The position numbers and the translations under genes were made by a program. DNA of 64,000 bases from Chiloscyllium plagiosum (Eukaryota). The DNA is taken from contig NC_057718.1 of the NCBI RefSeq assembly GCF_004010195.1, positions 38,979,143 to 39,043,142 on the forward strand, in the 5' to 3' direction. This document shows, piece by piece, positions 51,270-63,743 of this stretch. The notes below the pieces were generated by a model that had not been told where the DNA came from, did no database searches, and was given only the letters and a program-made list of their open reading frames with translations. How positions within the stretch are numbered: position 1 is the stretch's first letter; each line of letters begins with the position of its first letter.

Positions 51270-52390
51270 AAGTTTCCCCTCAAGTGTTTGACCAGGTAGT
51301 CACTAATACTCCCTTTCACAGCTGTATCTTCCTCAGCAAGTTGAAGGTAGTGGACTGGGTATCAATCAGACAGGCTGATTTGTCCTGGTGAATGTTAAAC
51401 TTCTCGAGTTTTACTGGTGGTGCGCTAGACGAAAGGAGATTATTCCATTACACGCCATGCTTGTGCTTTGCAGGTGATGATCAGGCTTTGTGGTTGGAGT
51501 CGAGAGAAGAGTAAGCAGAGTTCACAGCTGCTGATATCTTATAGCCACAATTTTATAGGGCTGATCCAGTTCACTTTTTGGTCACGGTAATCTGCAGAAT
51601 GTTGATAGTGGGCAATTCAGTAATGCAAATGCCATTGAATGTCAAGTGGTAATGGTTAGATTCTCTCTTGTTGGAAATGAACATGGCCTGACATGAATGT
51701 TACTTGCCACTTATCAGCCCCCTGCTGGATATTTTCCAGGTCTTGTGTGTAGACATCATCTGCTTCACTATTTGAGGAGCTGTAAAAGGTGCTGAACATC
51801 ATGCAATCATCAGCAAACATCCCCACCTCTGACCTTACAATAGAGGGAAAGTATTTGATGAAACAGCTAAAATGCTTAGGCTAAGGATTCTTACACTGAA
51901 ATCCTGGGACTAACCTGATTGACTGCCAGCAACCACTAGCACCTTTCTTTATATTGGGTATGACTCCAACTAATGGAGAGCTTTCCTGATTCCCATTGAC
52001 TCAGCTCTTTGATGCTGCATTCAGTCAAATGTGATCTTGGTGTCCAGACATGCCACTCTTACCTCACTTCTGGAGTTCAGCTGTTCTGTCCATGTTTGAA
52101 CTAACCATAATGAGTTGAGGCATCCTGGTGGAACGCAAACCGAACAAAAATGAGAAATTGCTGCTCTTCCATTACTTTGCCAGTGATCAAGGGTAGACTG
52201 ATAAAGCAGTTGTCTTTTTTTTAATTCATTCATGTGATCTGGCTGTCACAGTCTGGACAAGAATTTATTGCCATTTCTGTTGCCTTTGAGAAGATGATAG
52301 TGAGCTATCATCTTGAACTACTGCAGTCCATTGGTGTAGGCACATACTCAATGTCATGGGAAATAAGGTTACAGGACTTTGACCCAAATT
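51270..52390 (-). mobile_element. Degraded L2/CR1-group LINE fragments
   Basis: Colinear with 43350-44100, plus a 3' UTR-like piece at about 52215-52390. Confidence 0.7.
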
Positions 52391-53650
52391 CTGCTCAATA
52401 AGCAAAGTATCAGGAAGATATTCCTTCAATATTCCTCTCTCAGTCTTGATATTTCTCCATCTGAAGAAGACCACAGCCTAATGAGGACTGTTCTTGCCTT
52501 GGCACACCCACTAGTATACACTATTCCTAGGGGTTGGTTGTTTACCCTATGTTAATCACTTGTTTAAATTGCTTTAACTAATGATCACAAGGCAAATAGC
52601 TAAAGTGTCACCACTCTCCCAACCATCACTTTATCGTAAGGTCACCTTTTCATTGACCTCATGCTGGGAGCCATTTGTTAGTCTGTATGAGACATTTGTA
52701 TAAATAATAGGTTGCAAGATGCCATGCTGTTAACTTAGGAATATCAATATTGCAACCTGAACCAGGAGATCACAATATTTCTAGTGAGTGTTTGTACTTT
52801 TCCAGAGAAAAGAGCAAGTTTCTCTGCTAAGTGACTTTATCCTATGACAAAATTCCATAGGAATTCTGTAATTCCAAAAACTACCATTCCAGATGTGTAA
52901 ACTGCTAACAAGACTGAATCTAGTCTTCTGTGTTGATTTTAAACACAAGTTGACAAAATCAAAAATGGATAAATTCCTTGACATAATATAAACTTTTCCC
53001 AGTAGAATCTGTGGTCTTTATATAAAAATAGCAATTTGGATGTTTATTTGTGAAGTTATCTATTTTCAGAGTTAATTGGGATACATATAAGAAATCTTCT
53101 TAATTAGTCCCTAATCACTTAAGTACTTTTCCATTTATGTAAAAGGGTATTGCACTATGGAGCATTCATTTATTTAGAATGTTTTGAATATCTATGTGTG
53201 CAGTGAAAATCACACTGCAGAACTTTAATTTTGTAGGCCTGATAGTAACCTATGATGGGACTGTGACACGCTGGCTGAGGGCTGGGAAAATGGTGGCGTT
53301 GGTGATGGTGGAGGGAGCGGTTGTGAGGTCCAGTGTGGGTCAAGGCCATTTAACTCCCAAATTTCATTTAACTTAGCGACGCAAGATCGAAGGGCAAAAA
53401 TGGTGGAAGGCTCAAAGGGGGTCAGGAATATAGCAGTTAGCAGCTGACTATCTATTAATTACCCAGTTTTGCTATTCACGGAAGGCAGGCAGGATTAAAA
53501 GTGGAATTGTTTTTCAGATATCAGCAAGGGTGGGGTTTCATTCAGTTTTGTTCCTATGCATGTACTTCCACAGTATTATATAGAAGAGATATGTTTCAAT
53601 CTAACCTCCTAATGTTGTGTTTGTTATTTTTTGATTTCTTATTTCTGCAG

Positions 53651-53852
53651 GTATATTTATATTCCTTTGGGAGGTTCACGGCATGGCATACTACGGATCA
53701 TGTTCTCTTCTGCCGTGGCCTTTAGCTTTGTCTGCTACTGGCATGGTGGCCATAGCTTCATGCTAAATTGGGCAGCTTTGAATTGGGCTGGAGTAATGTT
53801 AGAAAGCATACTGAAGATGATCTGTTCCATTTCACCTGTTCAGGAGATTATT
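53651..53852 (+). CDS. HHAT: Internal coding exon of hedgehog acyltransferase (MBOAT family) containing the catalytic histidine
   Basis: Polypyrimidine tract plus ttctgcAG acceptor (53649-53650) and GTAAGT donor (53853). Translates (R)YIYIPLGGSRHGILRIMFSSAVAFSFVCYWHGGHSFMLNWAALNWAGVMLESILKMICSISPVQEII, matching vertebrate HHAT RYVYIPVGGSQHG...FVSYWHGG...WAALNWLGV as I recall it. His codon at 53742-53744; HHATL has Leu at this position. Confidence 0.95.
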
Positions 53853-54546
53853 GTAAGTGCCAGTTTTATATATCCTGTTGGAAACCTTTACAATACTTTG
53901 TTTCTCATTGTCAATGAATGCTGAGAGTGGAGGATTGTAGTAGATTACAAAACCAACATCCTTATATTGCTGGTTCAATTCCATCTTAAAGGACTCTGAA
54001 TCGTTTACCATCTTGTGTCACAGTGATAGAGTCCCAAGCTCTGGGCTCGACAATTTGGCTTCAAGTTCCACCTGTCCCAGAGGTCTGTCCACATGTCTGA
54101 ACAGGTTGGATAAAATTTATCATCTTTAAATTATAAATTAAATTGTGAAATGTTTTGAAAGTCCCACATAGGTGCTTCAAGTCCACATCAATATGGAAAA
54201 AGATAGCTAATTAATCAATCTTTTTCCATATTAATGGTTTATAAAATGTAATTTATGAAAAGATAATTGTAAGCCACATTGCAAACTGATGATTATTGCT
54301 CCTTGCTGTTCAAGCCTGATGCTCATTAAATGAAAGTGGAAGATTTTCTTAGTCTTCAGCTGAGCACTTGAAATTTTAATTTCAAATTTATATATGCAAT
54401 GAAAATTTAATTTAGCTGAAGTGTATACCCAGTAGGTTTAATTAGTATAACTTGTGAATAGAAATTAAAGAATGATGGGAAACAGATAATGATTTTGTAT
54501 TTGCATGTAATTTTCTTTTTGTTCTGTAAAATATCCTAAGCTAGAG

Positions 54547-54709
54547 TTGTGCTGTCAAGGTGCCGGTGTTGAAGTGGGGTGGGCAAAGTTAAAAATCACA
54601 CACCACCAGGATACTGTTCCACAGCTACCAGATGAAGGAGCAGTGCTGTGAAAGCTCGTACTTCCAAATAAACCTGTTGGACTATAACCTGGTGCTGTGT
54701 GATTTTTAA
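54547..54709. mobile_element. Family-C fold-back element with degenerate hammerhead
   Basis: 11-bp TSD ctaagctagag (54536-54546, 54710-54720); UAC-CAGAUGA-A-GGAGC(AGU)GCUGU-GAAA-GCUC-GUA at 54626-54660. Confidence 0.8.
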
Positions 54710-57700
54710 CTAAGCTAGAGCCTACATGTTCCTCTCATTATTAACTGAAAATAACCAAAACAGTATTGTTTGTTTGGCACATCCTTAGTTCATTACTTTC
54801 AAAGCAATTCTTTATCATTAAATTCCTAGTTGAAGAGAAAAAAAAGTAATATTTTGAGTTTTTGAGTTCATCCAGGACAAATATATAAATTGATCTATAA
54901 ATAAAATGATTGTATATTTATTACCCTAAATCCTGTATCTTCAGATCAAACAAGTAAAGACTTTTTAAAAGGATTTTTAAAAAATAATTTAGGTTTCAAT
55001 GATTTCCTCAAATATATAGGGTGGAAGTTATAGTATTCTATATTTAAACAGGAAATTGACTTGACTAATTGACTCAGATATGCAGTATTGTTCATTGGAA
55101 TTTCTTTCCATTGATAAAAATGTAACTGATTAAGTACTTGGCCTTTTAAAATGTACTGCATAGGCTACCACTGATTGTGTATATTTTTCCTATAGTTTGG
55201 CTTCACTTGGGAAATTCCAGTACCTTGTCAACATTTGGTACTTTTTTTTCCAGAATCTCGGTGACTGCTCTTAAATTCTTTGTTTAATTGTATGATTTTC
55301 CCTTTTTAATATCGTAATTTATATAGCAAACTGGGTGTTTAGTTTCTAACTGCCATTTATCACTTTTCCAAATTGGCATAAATTACACAATGATCAGCAT
55401 GCATTTGCTATATTCCTTCTCAGTGACTCATCAGTTAAAATAGTTAATCATTTTTTTTTTGTTGTTAAAACATATACAAATTTTATAAGTGAAACACAAT
55501 ACCAATCAGTAAATGATTCAACTTGAGATCCACCTACATGTAACATATTCATAATTTGATCATCTATATGTAATTGATTCAGTTCACTCATTTTAAAAAT
55601 AAAATGAAAGAAAAATGTATGTGCTATATCCCTACATTTTACATTAGAGATTCAGGTATCCACTTGTTTCCTATTGTGGGAAAAAGGAACATAGTTATGA
55701 CAGTACATTATAAGTGTGCAATTGCCTGTGTTAAATTAACCTGCTGTGGGAACAGGCAGAGGGATACCATTAAATTAAAATAGAACTATGTCAATATTGC
55801 TGGAGACAAAAGTTAGTCCTTCTGAGATTTCTTTGGTACTTAATGCAGTAAATGAAATAAATGTAATTACCTGTTCATGAATAATATATCCACTGTACTT
55901 TTTGAGCATTTACCCCGAAAATGCAAGCTTTCATCAGTCAATTTCCAGATTGTCCACTATAACTATTCATTATTCTTGTAATTTGTTTTGTTACTTGGCA
56001 GTCTGAATTTCCACAAACAATATAAAGTGACTAACCTGTTTCATAGAATACAGTTTTTATCTGAACATGTCTCATGAAGTAATGAAATGCCAGATTTTTG
56101 AAAGCAGCTATAGTAATACACTACCAATTCAAATAAAACTGCATACAAACTAGTTCTATCATGTATTTATATTTGTCTGGATAAACCATACATTGCAGGG
56201 CAATAACAACATTTTTTAAATCAAACAGTTGACACTTATTGTAGTTCTGGGAATTTCAGAAATTCTGATGTGAAATACAAATTCAACAGGACCAATACTA
56301 AATGCAAAGTATCCTCAAACCTGGAGGTTTTGATTTGCCTTTGTCAGGCTGCTTTCATGTCTGTTTTCAGTTGCCATTATGTTCCTTGAATAATAAATTA
56401 ATTACTGTTGGGCAAGCTAAAGAAATACATTTCAAAACATCTTCACAATGCTACACAGTGACCCAAAAAAAATCAGAACTGTCTCACAAGTGAGTGGCCT
56501 GGTCTGCTATGCTGTTTTGATCTTGAGATATTTGATAAGTGGAATGTATAGTCTGCCTCTGTAACATTTTTATAATGGACTGTCACCATCACTTTAGCAA
56601 TTAATTAAGAAATAGTATTACTTAATGTAATAGGTTTTTTAAAAATTGCAGAGAATACATTAATTGAAGTTTTATTCATTTTATTTTTTATTAATTTTTT
56701 CACTGATGTCACTGACAAATGCCTTCGAAAAAATGAGCATTGTATTCCCTGCTCCTGAGGAATCAAGATAAATTTGCAGCAGTGCTGCATGCTTAGACGT
56801 GTCCTCCATAATACTGAATCAGGTGTTTGAGTAAACTGGAAAAATAAATACTAGTCTTCTATCAAAATGAAGAATTTCCAGTATAATTTATAGCAGGAGC
56901 CTCCATATATTAGTTTAGCCAATAAGATGTCTTTCCTCGTAACTATGTGTTTTTTGTAAATGTTGTAAATGCAGTAAAGAATAATTAAAGCTCCATATAT
57001 TTATTTTTTAGTTCATCAGAAACTTGAACTTCATTCAGAGGAAATAATTCTGAAAGGATTACATTTTGCTTACTGCATGAAAATGCTAGTCAGGAGGGTT
57101 TCCTTAATGGCTTAATTGATAAATAGGTTGTTTGGGATGATACTGCCATGTTCATAGATTCATACAGCACAGAAAAGGGCCTTCGGCCCATCGAATCTGT
57201 ACTGACATAACTATCAGTAAAAGTGCACAAATCCCAATTTCCTGCACTAGTCCCATATCCTTGGACAACAGTTTTAGTTCCCTATCACAAGCTACTTTAG
57301 CTAGTTTAGTGTTCTCATGTTCCTGATTCCCTAGGCAATATATATGAACTTTAGTTGGTCTCAGGGTGTCTGAGCAGTGTTTATGAGCTGCAGTTAGGTC
57401 TCAGACTGTTCAAAATGGAAAAGGAAAATTGAACAGTGTTGCTAGTCACTATCCAGTGATGCTGATCTGTATATATGAAATAAGGAAAGGCTAGGATTTG
57501 ATGATGTTTTTCCATCCTGCGGTCAAATATCCTGATGAGAAAGCATAAAAGGATGCCCAGCACCCTGAAACTATATCCTGACTTGGTTCTGGGTGAAGAG
57601 AAAATGTTTTAAAGTAGGTAAGTGCAGCAGACCAAAATAAATTGTAATGCACTAAAAAAAGTTGAAGGAACAGTAATAAACATTCCAATCACATGCTCCT

Positions 57701-58167
57701 TATAAAGCCTTTATTGACCTGTTCACTAAAATAACACTAACTAGATGCAGCTGTTCTATAAATAATGCCATGACATTAAATAGAAAAATAAGATCGTAAC
57801 CCATGTTTAATCAATGTTTATTTTGTAATCATGAATGATTTTTGTGTGACAATGTTTTTGAATCAGAGAATAGTGTGCTACATGGTGATTGGAATATTAA
57901 ATGATACTAAATAGATGTTACTTTCTTAATATTTGCCTGAGTAACAAAAGACAGCAAGGATGAAAAAGAGGAAGGGTTAATTTTACGCTTTTCAAAAACT
58001 GAAAAGCAATTTAACCCTTTGAACTTAACAAATGGATTTTCCCAAAATACTATATTTCAATTTTGTACACTCTGTGCAGGATTATGTCAGTATTTACTCA
58101 CTGAAATAGATTTTATGAATGCTTGGACACCCATAAATTGATGTGAAATGCTAGAACTAAAATGGAT

Positions 58168-58640
58168 CTGAAGTTTTGGATGTAGGTTTGCTCGCTGAAC
58201 TGGAAGGTTCATTTCCAGATGTTTCATCACCCTACTAGGTAACATCTTCAGTGGGCCTCCGGTGATGTCATTTCCCGTGGTGATGTCACTTGCTGTCCTT
58301 TTTCTCGGGGGGTGGTAGGTAGAGTCTAACTTGATGTGTTTGTTGATAGAGTTCCAGTTAGAATGCTATGCTTCTAGGAATTCTCGTGCGTATCTCTGTT
58401 TGGCTTGTTCTAGGATGGCTGTGTTGACCCAGTCGAAGTTGTGTCCTTCCTTATCTGTATGTAAGGATACTAATGAGAGAGGGTCATGTCGTTTTGTGTT
58501 GATGTTCATGTATCCTGGTGTCTAGTTTTCTGCCTGTTTGTCCAATGTAGTATTAGTTAACAGTTCTTGCACGGTATTTTGTAAATGACATTAGTTTTGT
58601 TTGTTGTCTGTATAGGATCTTTCAAGTTCATTAGCTGCTG
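58168..58640 (-). mobile_element. 3' fragment of a Penelope-like element (family-B relative) with GIY-YIG remnant and hammerhead motif
   Basis: KTNVIYKIPCKNC..YIGQTGRKLDTRIHEHQ; CCA-CUGAAGA-U-GUUACC(UAGUAG)GGUGAU-GAAA-CAUC-UGG at 58215-58254. Confidence 0.85.
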
Positions 58641-60466
58641 TTTACAGATCAGCACTCAGTAAAAATATGCCACTACATCACATAGCCACTGGTCAGATGT
58701 AGCGACAACATGAAAGGTTATATTATATGAACCTATCATTGTAGATGTTTTTCTACTTATATAACAGAAATAAATTGTAAATTGCAAAATGATCATGCAG
58801 TATTTGTAGACCCAGAACATTGTGGGCTATGGTGAGAAATTTGGGAAAATCAGGGAATTTGGGAAAATGTCAAGCAAAGTCCTTCTTGATATCCAGACCA
58901 AAAAGTTGCAATTTAAAACTAAGTCCCACATGTTTAGACAAAATTCTCACTTGTCAGCAGTGAGAGGCCTCTCAAAAGGGATTATCGCTCATCATCACTC
59001 TCATTTCTACCTCATCTCACCTAATTAATATACAGACTCCCATTCTCCCATCCACTTGATGGAAACTAGAGGCGGAGAATTCCCGACATGAAAGTCTTAA
59101 GTGGGTACCTGGCAATTCCAGCTCACTTCCTCTGGACTTCATCTTGGACCTCATCGCTAATATCTTAAGGCTCATTCCATTGACATCAGCTGCACACACA
59201 CCATGTCCAAAGACATTCGTTTCCAACAATACCAGCCTCATTGCTTCATCATAGTGTATCTCAATTCCAGTATGCTGCAATCTGTACCTTTGAGTGTCCT
59301 GGAGTTTTCATTGAAATGCTGCTGCAAGGACGTTTTGCACTCGGAAAAAGGAACACAGCTCACAGCCCTAAGGAGCATCTCAGGGCTGATCGATCACACT
59401 CCTAGCGCTCATTTATTTTGCCTATACCTGGATGCTTACAGAGTCCATGTCTTGCTGTGCTTTACTTCCTCAACCAGAGCTTAAAGGCTCACAGTATATG
59501 TGTCTTTGCTGTCTATTCCGCATAGACAGAAAGCCAAGCAGCTTGCCATGATTATCAGCAGTCATCAGTCAGTGAGATAGATAGTTTGCTGTATTACACC
59601 ATTTTATTTCAATGCCACATTATAGCATTTGTTAGCAGCCCTTTGTGGCAAGCACATTGCACATGCTTTAACCAAATGACCATGTCTCAAGGTTGAAGGA
59701 GAGTGATCTATTGTCAGATTGCAGCATTCCTTAATTCAAGGAATTAAGGGCTACGGGGAGAATGCGGGTAAGTGGAGTTGAAATGCCCATCAGCCATGAT
59801 TGAATGGCGGAGTGGACTCGATGGGCCGAATGGCCTTACTTCCGCTCCTATGTCTTATGGTCTAACTGAGGAGCTTCTGTCAGTCAGGGATCCCAGTACA
59901 GTTAGTCAAGGGCTTCCGCCAATATTGTCCAGGCATGTGGGCACGGTGAGTCGGATGTTTAGGATGGTCATGCTCATGATCTTGTACTTATAAGGGGTGA
60001 GGAGACAAATATTGGGCACCCCAACATCCATCTTGGTTCTTGGTAGTTTCCCCTGGAATTAGACAAAGGAGGGATTAAGAGATGAAAGTGGCTTGCACAG
60101 TCGTTAGAGCAAGTACAGTTGAAGGCAGAGTTGGTTGGGTGCCATAGTGTGTGAGTAGGAACATAACTCTTAGTGGGTGATGAGTGCAGGAGCAGTGATA
60201 GAGTGAATGTGAGGTAGTAGAGAGAAGATGGCACCAGAGTAACAGGCTAGCATCAGACAAGAGGGGTGCATTAGGGATGTGGCACCTAGTGAAAGAAGAG
60301 AAGTTTGGTTGGTAGCATGAGGAAACTCTTTGGGCCTCGAGGAGAGGAACTCCCATGAATCTTGACAAAAATGACAATTTTCTCATTTCTGGTATGATTC
60401 AACCCATAATACATATAATCTGTCCAGACATGTTATGATACATCTCTGCAGCAGGTGGGATTAAGT

Positions 60467-61390
60467 CACTTGTCACTCCCTGCCACATTGAAAAGGACCA
60501 GTTTTTTCAACTCTCTGCTTCCTGTCTGCCGACCAGTTCTCTATCCATCATTTCCGTTTGATACCATGAGCTTTAATTTTCCTTACTAATCTCTTAACAT
60601 TAGTAAGAAAAATTAAAGCTAATCGTATCGGAGTTAATGTATTGATATGGATAGAAAACTGGTTAGCAGATAGGAAGCAGAGAGTTGGAATAAATGGGTC
60701 CTTTTCAGAGTGGCAAGCAGTGACGAGTGGGATACTACAGGGATCATTGCTGGGACCCCAGCTGTTCGCGATATACATTACCAATTTCGATGAAGGAGTT
60801 GAATGCAATATCTCCAAATTTGCAGACGACACTAAGCTGGGTGGCAGTGTGTGCTGTGAGGAGATTGCTAAGAGGCTGTCGCGTGACTTGAACAAACTGG
60901 CTAAGTGAGCAAATACTTGGCAAAAGTAACGTGAATAAATGTGAGGTTATCCACTTTGGTCACAAAAGCAGGAAGACAGATTGTTATCTGAATAGTGGCA
61001 GTTTAGGAAAAGGTAAGGTGCAACGAGATCTGGGTGTCATGGTGGAATGGTCATTGAAGGTTAGCATGCAAGTGCAGCAGCAAGTGAGGAAAGTTAATTG
61101 CATGCTGGCCTTCATAGCGAGGGGTAAGTCATTCAGGACTGAAATAAGGAAGAATGTCTTCACCCACAGCTGTGAACCTGTGGACTTCTCTCCCACAGAA
61201 AGCTGTTGGGACCAGTTCATTAGATATATTCAAGACGGAACTTGTGGTGAAAGTGATCAAGAGGTATGGAGAGAAAGCAGGAATGGAGTACAGAAATTGC
61301 ACGATCAGCTATGATCGTATTGAATGGTGGTGCAGACTTGAAGTGCTGAATGGCCTACTGTTGCACCTATTTGCAATGTTTTTCCATATA
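60467..61390 (+). mobile_element. CR1 fragment with 5' fold-back inversion and internal deletion
   Basis: WIENWLADRKQRVGING...GSLLGPQLF...KFADDTKL; 60467-60590 is an inverted diverged copy of 60599-60729. Confidence 0.85.
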
Positions 61391-62594
61391 TCTGTGAACC
61401 TGGGCCTTCAAACCCAGAGATAGGGACACAAAAGCCCTTTCAGCAAGTACATCAAATCGTTTTGGTTTGTATCAGCTTCTGCTCAAATAATGCAAAATAT
61501 TCACTAAAATAGTATTAGCCATGTACTGTTCTCTATAAATAATGCAGGATTGAAGGACATTAGTGCCCTAAACCCTTATTTTAGCTATTTATCTCTATTT
61601 TGAAAATATTTGTGCATTACCTGAGACAGCATTCAGAATGACCTGGAACAAACAGTGTTGACATTAAATGGTGCAAAGTGCATTTTTATCATGAATCTGC
61701 TGTACATGGTTTCACAGTTTAAGGTGAAGAGGTCTTCCTTTTGAGGCCTAGATAAGAATTCTTTTCTCTGATGGTTTTTGGTCTGTAGAATTCTTTTACC
61801 CAGAAAATGGCAGAGGCTTCTATTGAATTTATTCGGGGTTGAGATTTAAGACTTTTGAGAGAGTTACGTGGGGCGGATAGACAAGTGGAATTGAGGCCCA
61901 ACAACATCAGCCTTGCTCCTGTTGAATGGTGGAAGAGATTTGAAGGGCTAAATGGCCTGGTACTGCTTCTAAATCTTATGTTCTTACGCATTGCTCACAA
62001 ATTTATACAAATTGTTTCTTAATTGTAAAACATAGGTAGGTACATTTTAAAAGAAAGTTTCACATGCAAATAAGTGTAAAGGACCACAAGTGTAAAATCA
62101 TTTAGTAAAAAGAACAAAAATGAGAGAGCTGAGCTGGATAAGGAAGATGTTGGCTTTAAAAGGGTAAATAATGATTGAATAGGAAATACTCATTCAGAAT
62201 GCATGTGGAATTGCTAGAGAGGACAATGGATGTGACAATTAAGTTGAAGAGAATAAAACAAAAATGTATCATTCAAAGGTGAAATAATTAAAAATATAGT
62301 CTGAGATGTGTGCAGAATTAGATGACTAAGCATTTTGTATCCTTAGTTGGTTTATTACATATTCATCATTCTGTAATTTAAAGATATGGCAGTGGATTTA
62401 AGTTTGGAAATGCTATGGGTGGAGAATAGTTGTGCTACTCGCCTAAATCCCTACTGAGGGTTCTTGCAGTTCAGTGGTAGCATTTCTATATCTGGGTCAG
62501 AAGACCCACCTGCTCCAGGGGTGTATCATAAAATTCTGAGCAAGTAGATTTTAAAAAGAAACACTGAGAAATCTTAAGGATAGTGCCTCATATC

Positions 62595-63325
62595 AGTTAG
62601 CCCAGCAAATGGCAAGTAACATTCATAATGTACAAGTGCTGGAAGATGACCATGTCCAACAAAAGAGAATCTAACCATCTTCCCTTGAAATCCATTGGCA
62701 TTGCCATCACTGAATGCTTCATCATCAACACCCTGGGGATTACCATTAAACAGAAACTGGACCAGTCACATTGTGGCAACAAAAGCAGATCCAGTTCTGC
62801 AGAAAATAATTCCATCTTTTCAAATCCTGTCCACCATCTACAAGGCTCAAGTCAGAATTGTAATGGAATAATTGCCACTGCCTGAATTAGTGCAGCTACA
62901 ACAACACTTAAGAAGCTTGACACCATCTAGGAAAAAGCAGCCACTTGTTTGGCATTTCTTCTGCCACTGACACACAGTGGCAGCAATATATACTATCAAC
63001 AATCCTCTTCAGCCAGATTTTTTCATCAGCATTTTGCAAACCCCATCATCTCTACAATCTAAAAGGACAATGGTAGTGGATACATGTGAGCTTGCAGGTG
63101 GTGGTGTTTCCCTCCAAGCCACACACCATCCTCGCTTGGAACTATGTTATTGTTACTTCACTGACATAGGTTCGAATTTCTGGATCTCACTTCCTAACAG
63201 CAATGCAGCTGTACCAGATGGACAGTTGCAGTTCAAGAAGGTAGGTCACCACCACCTTGTCAAGGGTATTTAGGACAATCCATGATGGCCTTGCCAGCGA
63301 AGTGCACATCCCATGAAAAAATAAA
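62595..63325 (+). mobile_element. L2/CR1-group LINE 3' fragment
   Basis: KCWKMTMSNKRESNHLPL, cttaagaagcttgacaccatc (LKKLDTI), 3' UTR gccagcgaagtgcacatcccatgaaaaaa. Confidence 0.8.
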
Positions 63326-63639
63326 TTACAAAAATGTTGATCCAACAAGCAGCTTGCTGATTTGGTATATAACATCATGCACTACCACCAAGAATGGGTG
63401 CATTGCCCAGCTGAAACTTCCAAGGACACCATATGTTCTATGTAGATAAGTACAACATAATCGGTTATACAGAATTGCAAACCACAATTGCAAATTTAAA
63501 TTTGATGAAATCTGAAATATTCCTTTGTTTTGACTAGTTATCGTAATTAAGTCCTTCAGATAACTATTCATTTGGTTGTTGACCAGAACGGAAAAAAAAG
63601 CTGGAGAGCATTGATTGAATACAAATATAGTACTAGTGA

Positions 63640-63743
63640 AATGAAACTAAGAATTGTGGATGCTAGAAATCTGAAAGAGAAACATAAATTACTTGAGAAC
63701 CTCAGCAGGTCTGGCAGCATCTTTGGAGAGAAAGCAGAGTTAA
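63640..63743. mobile_element. Family-D terminal repeat fragment
   Basis: gatgctagaaatctgaaa...ctcagcaggtctggcagcatc...gagagaaagcagagttaa, similar to 2095-2160. Confidence 0.5.

Noticed and set aside
53631..53924. 97-aa ORF as a standalone gene
   Set aside because: The ORF runs through splice sites; only 53651-53852 is HHAT-like.
57532..57575. CTGATGAG...GAAAC hammerhead-like text
   Set aside because: No stem II or stem I pairing; likely chance within a degraded SINE-like region.
59340..59530. SISGLIDHTPSA / FLNQSLKAHSICV, resembling Harbinger GAIDCTH / NRKGFHSINV
   Set aside because: Similarity is too weak to call without a profile search.
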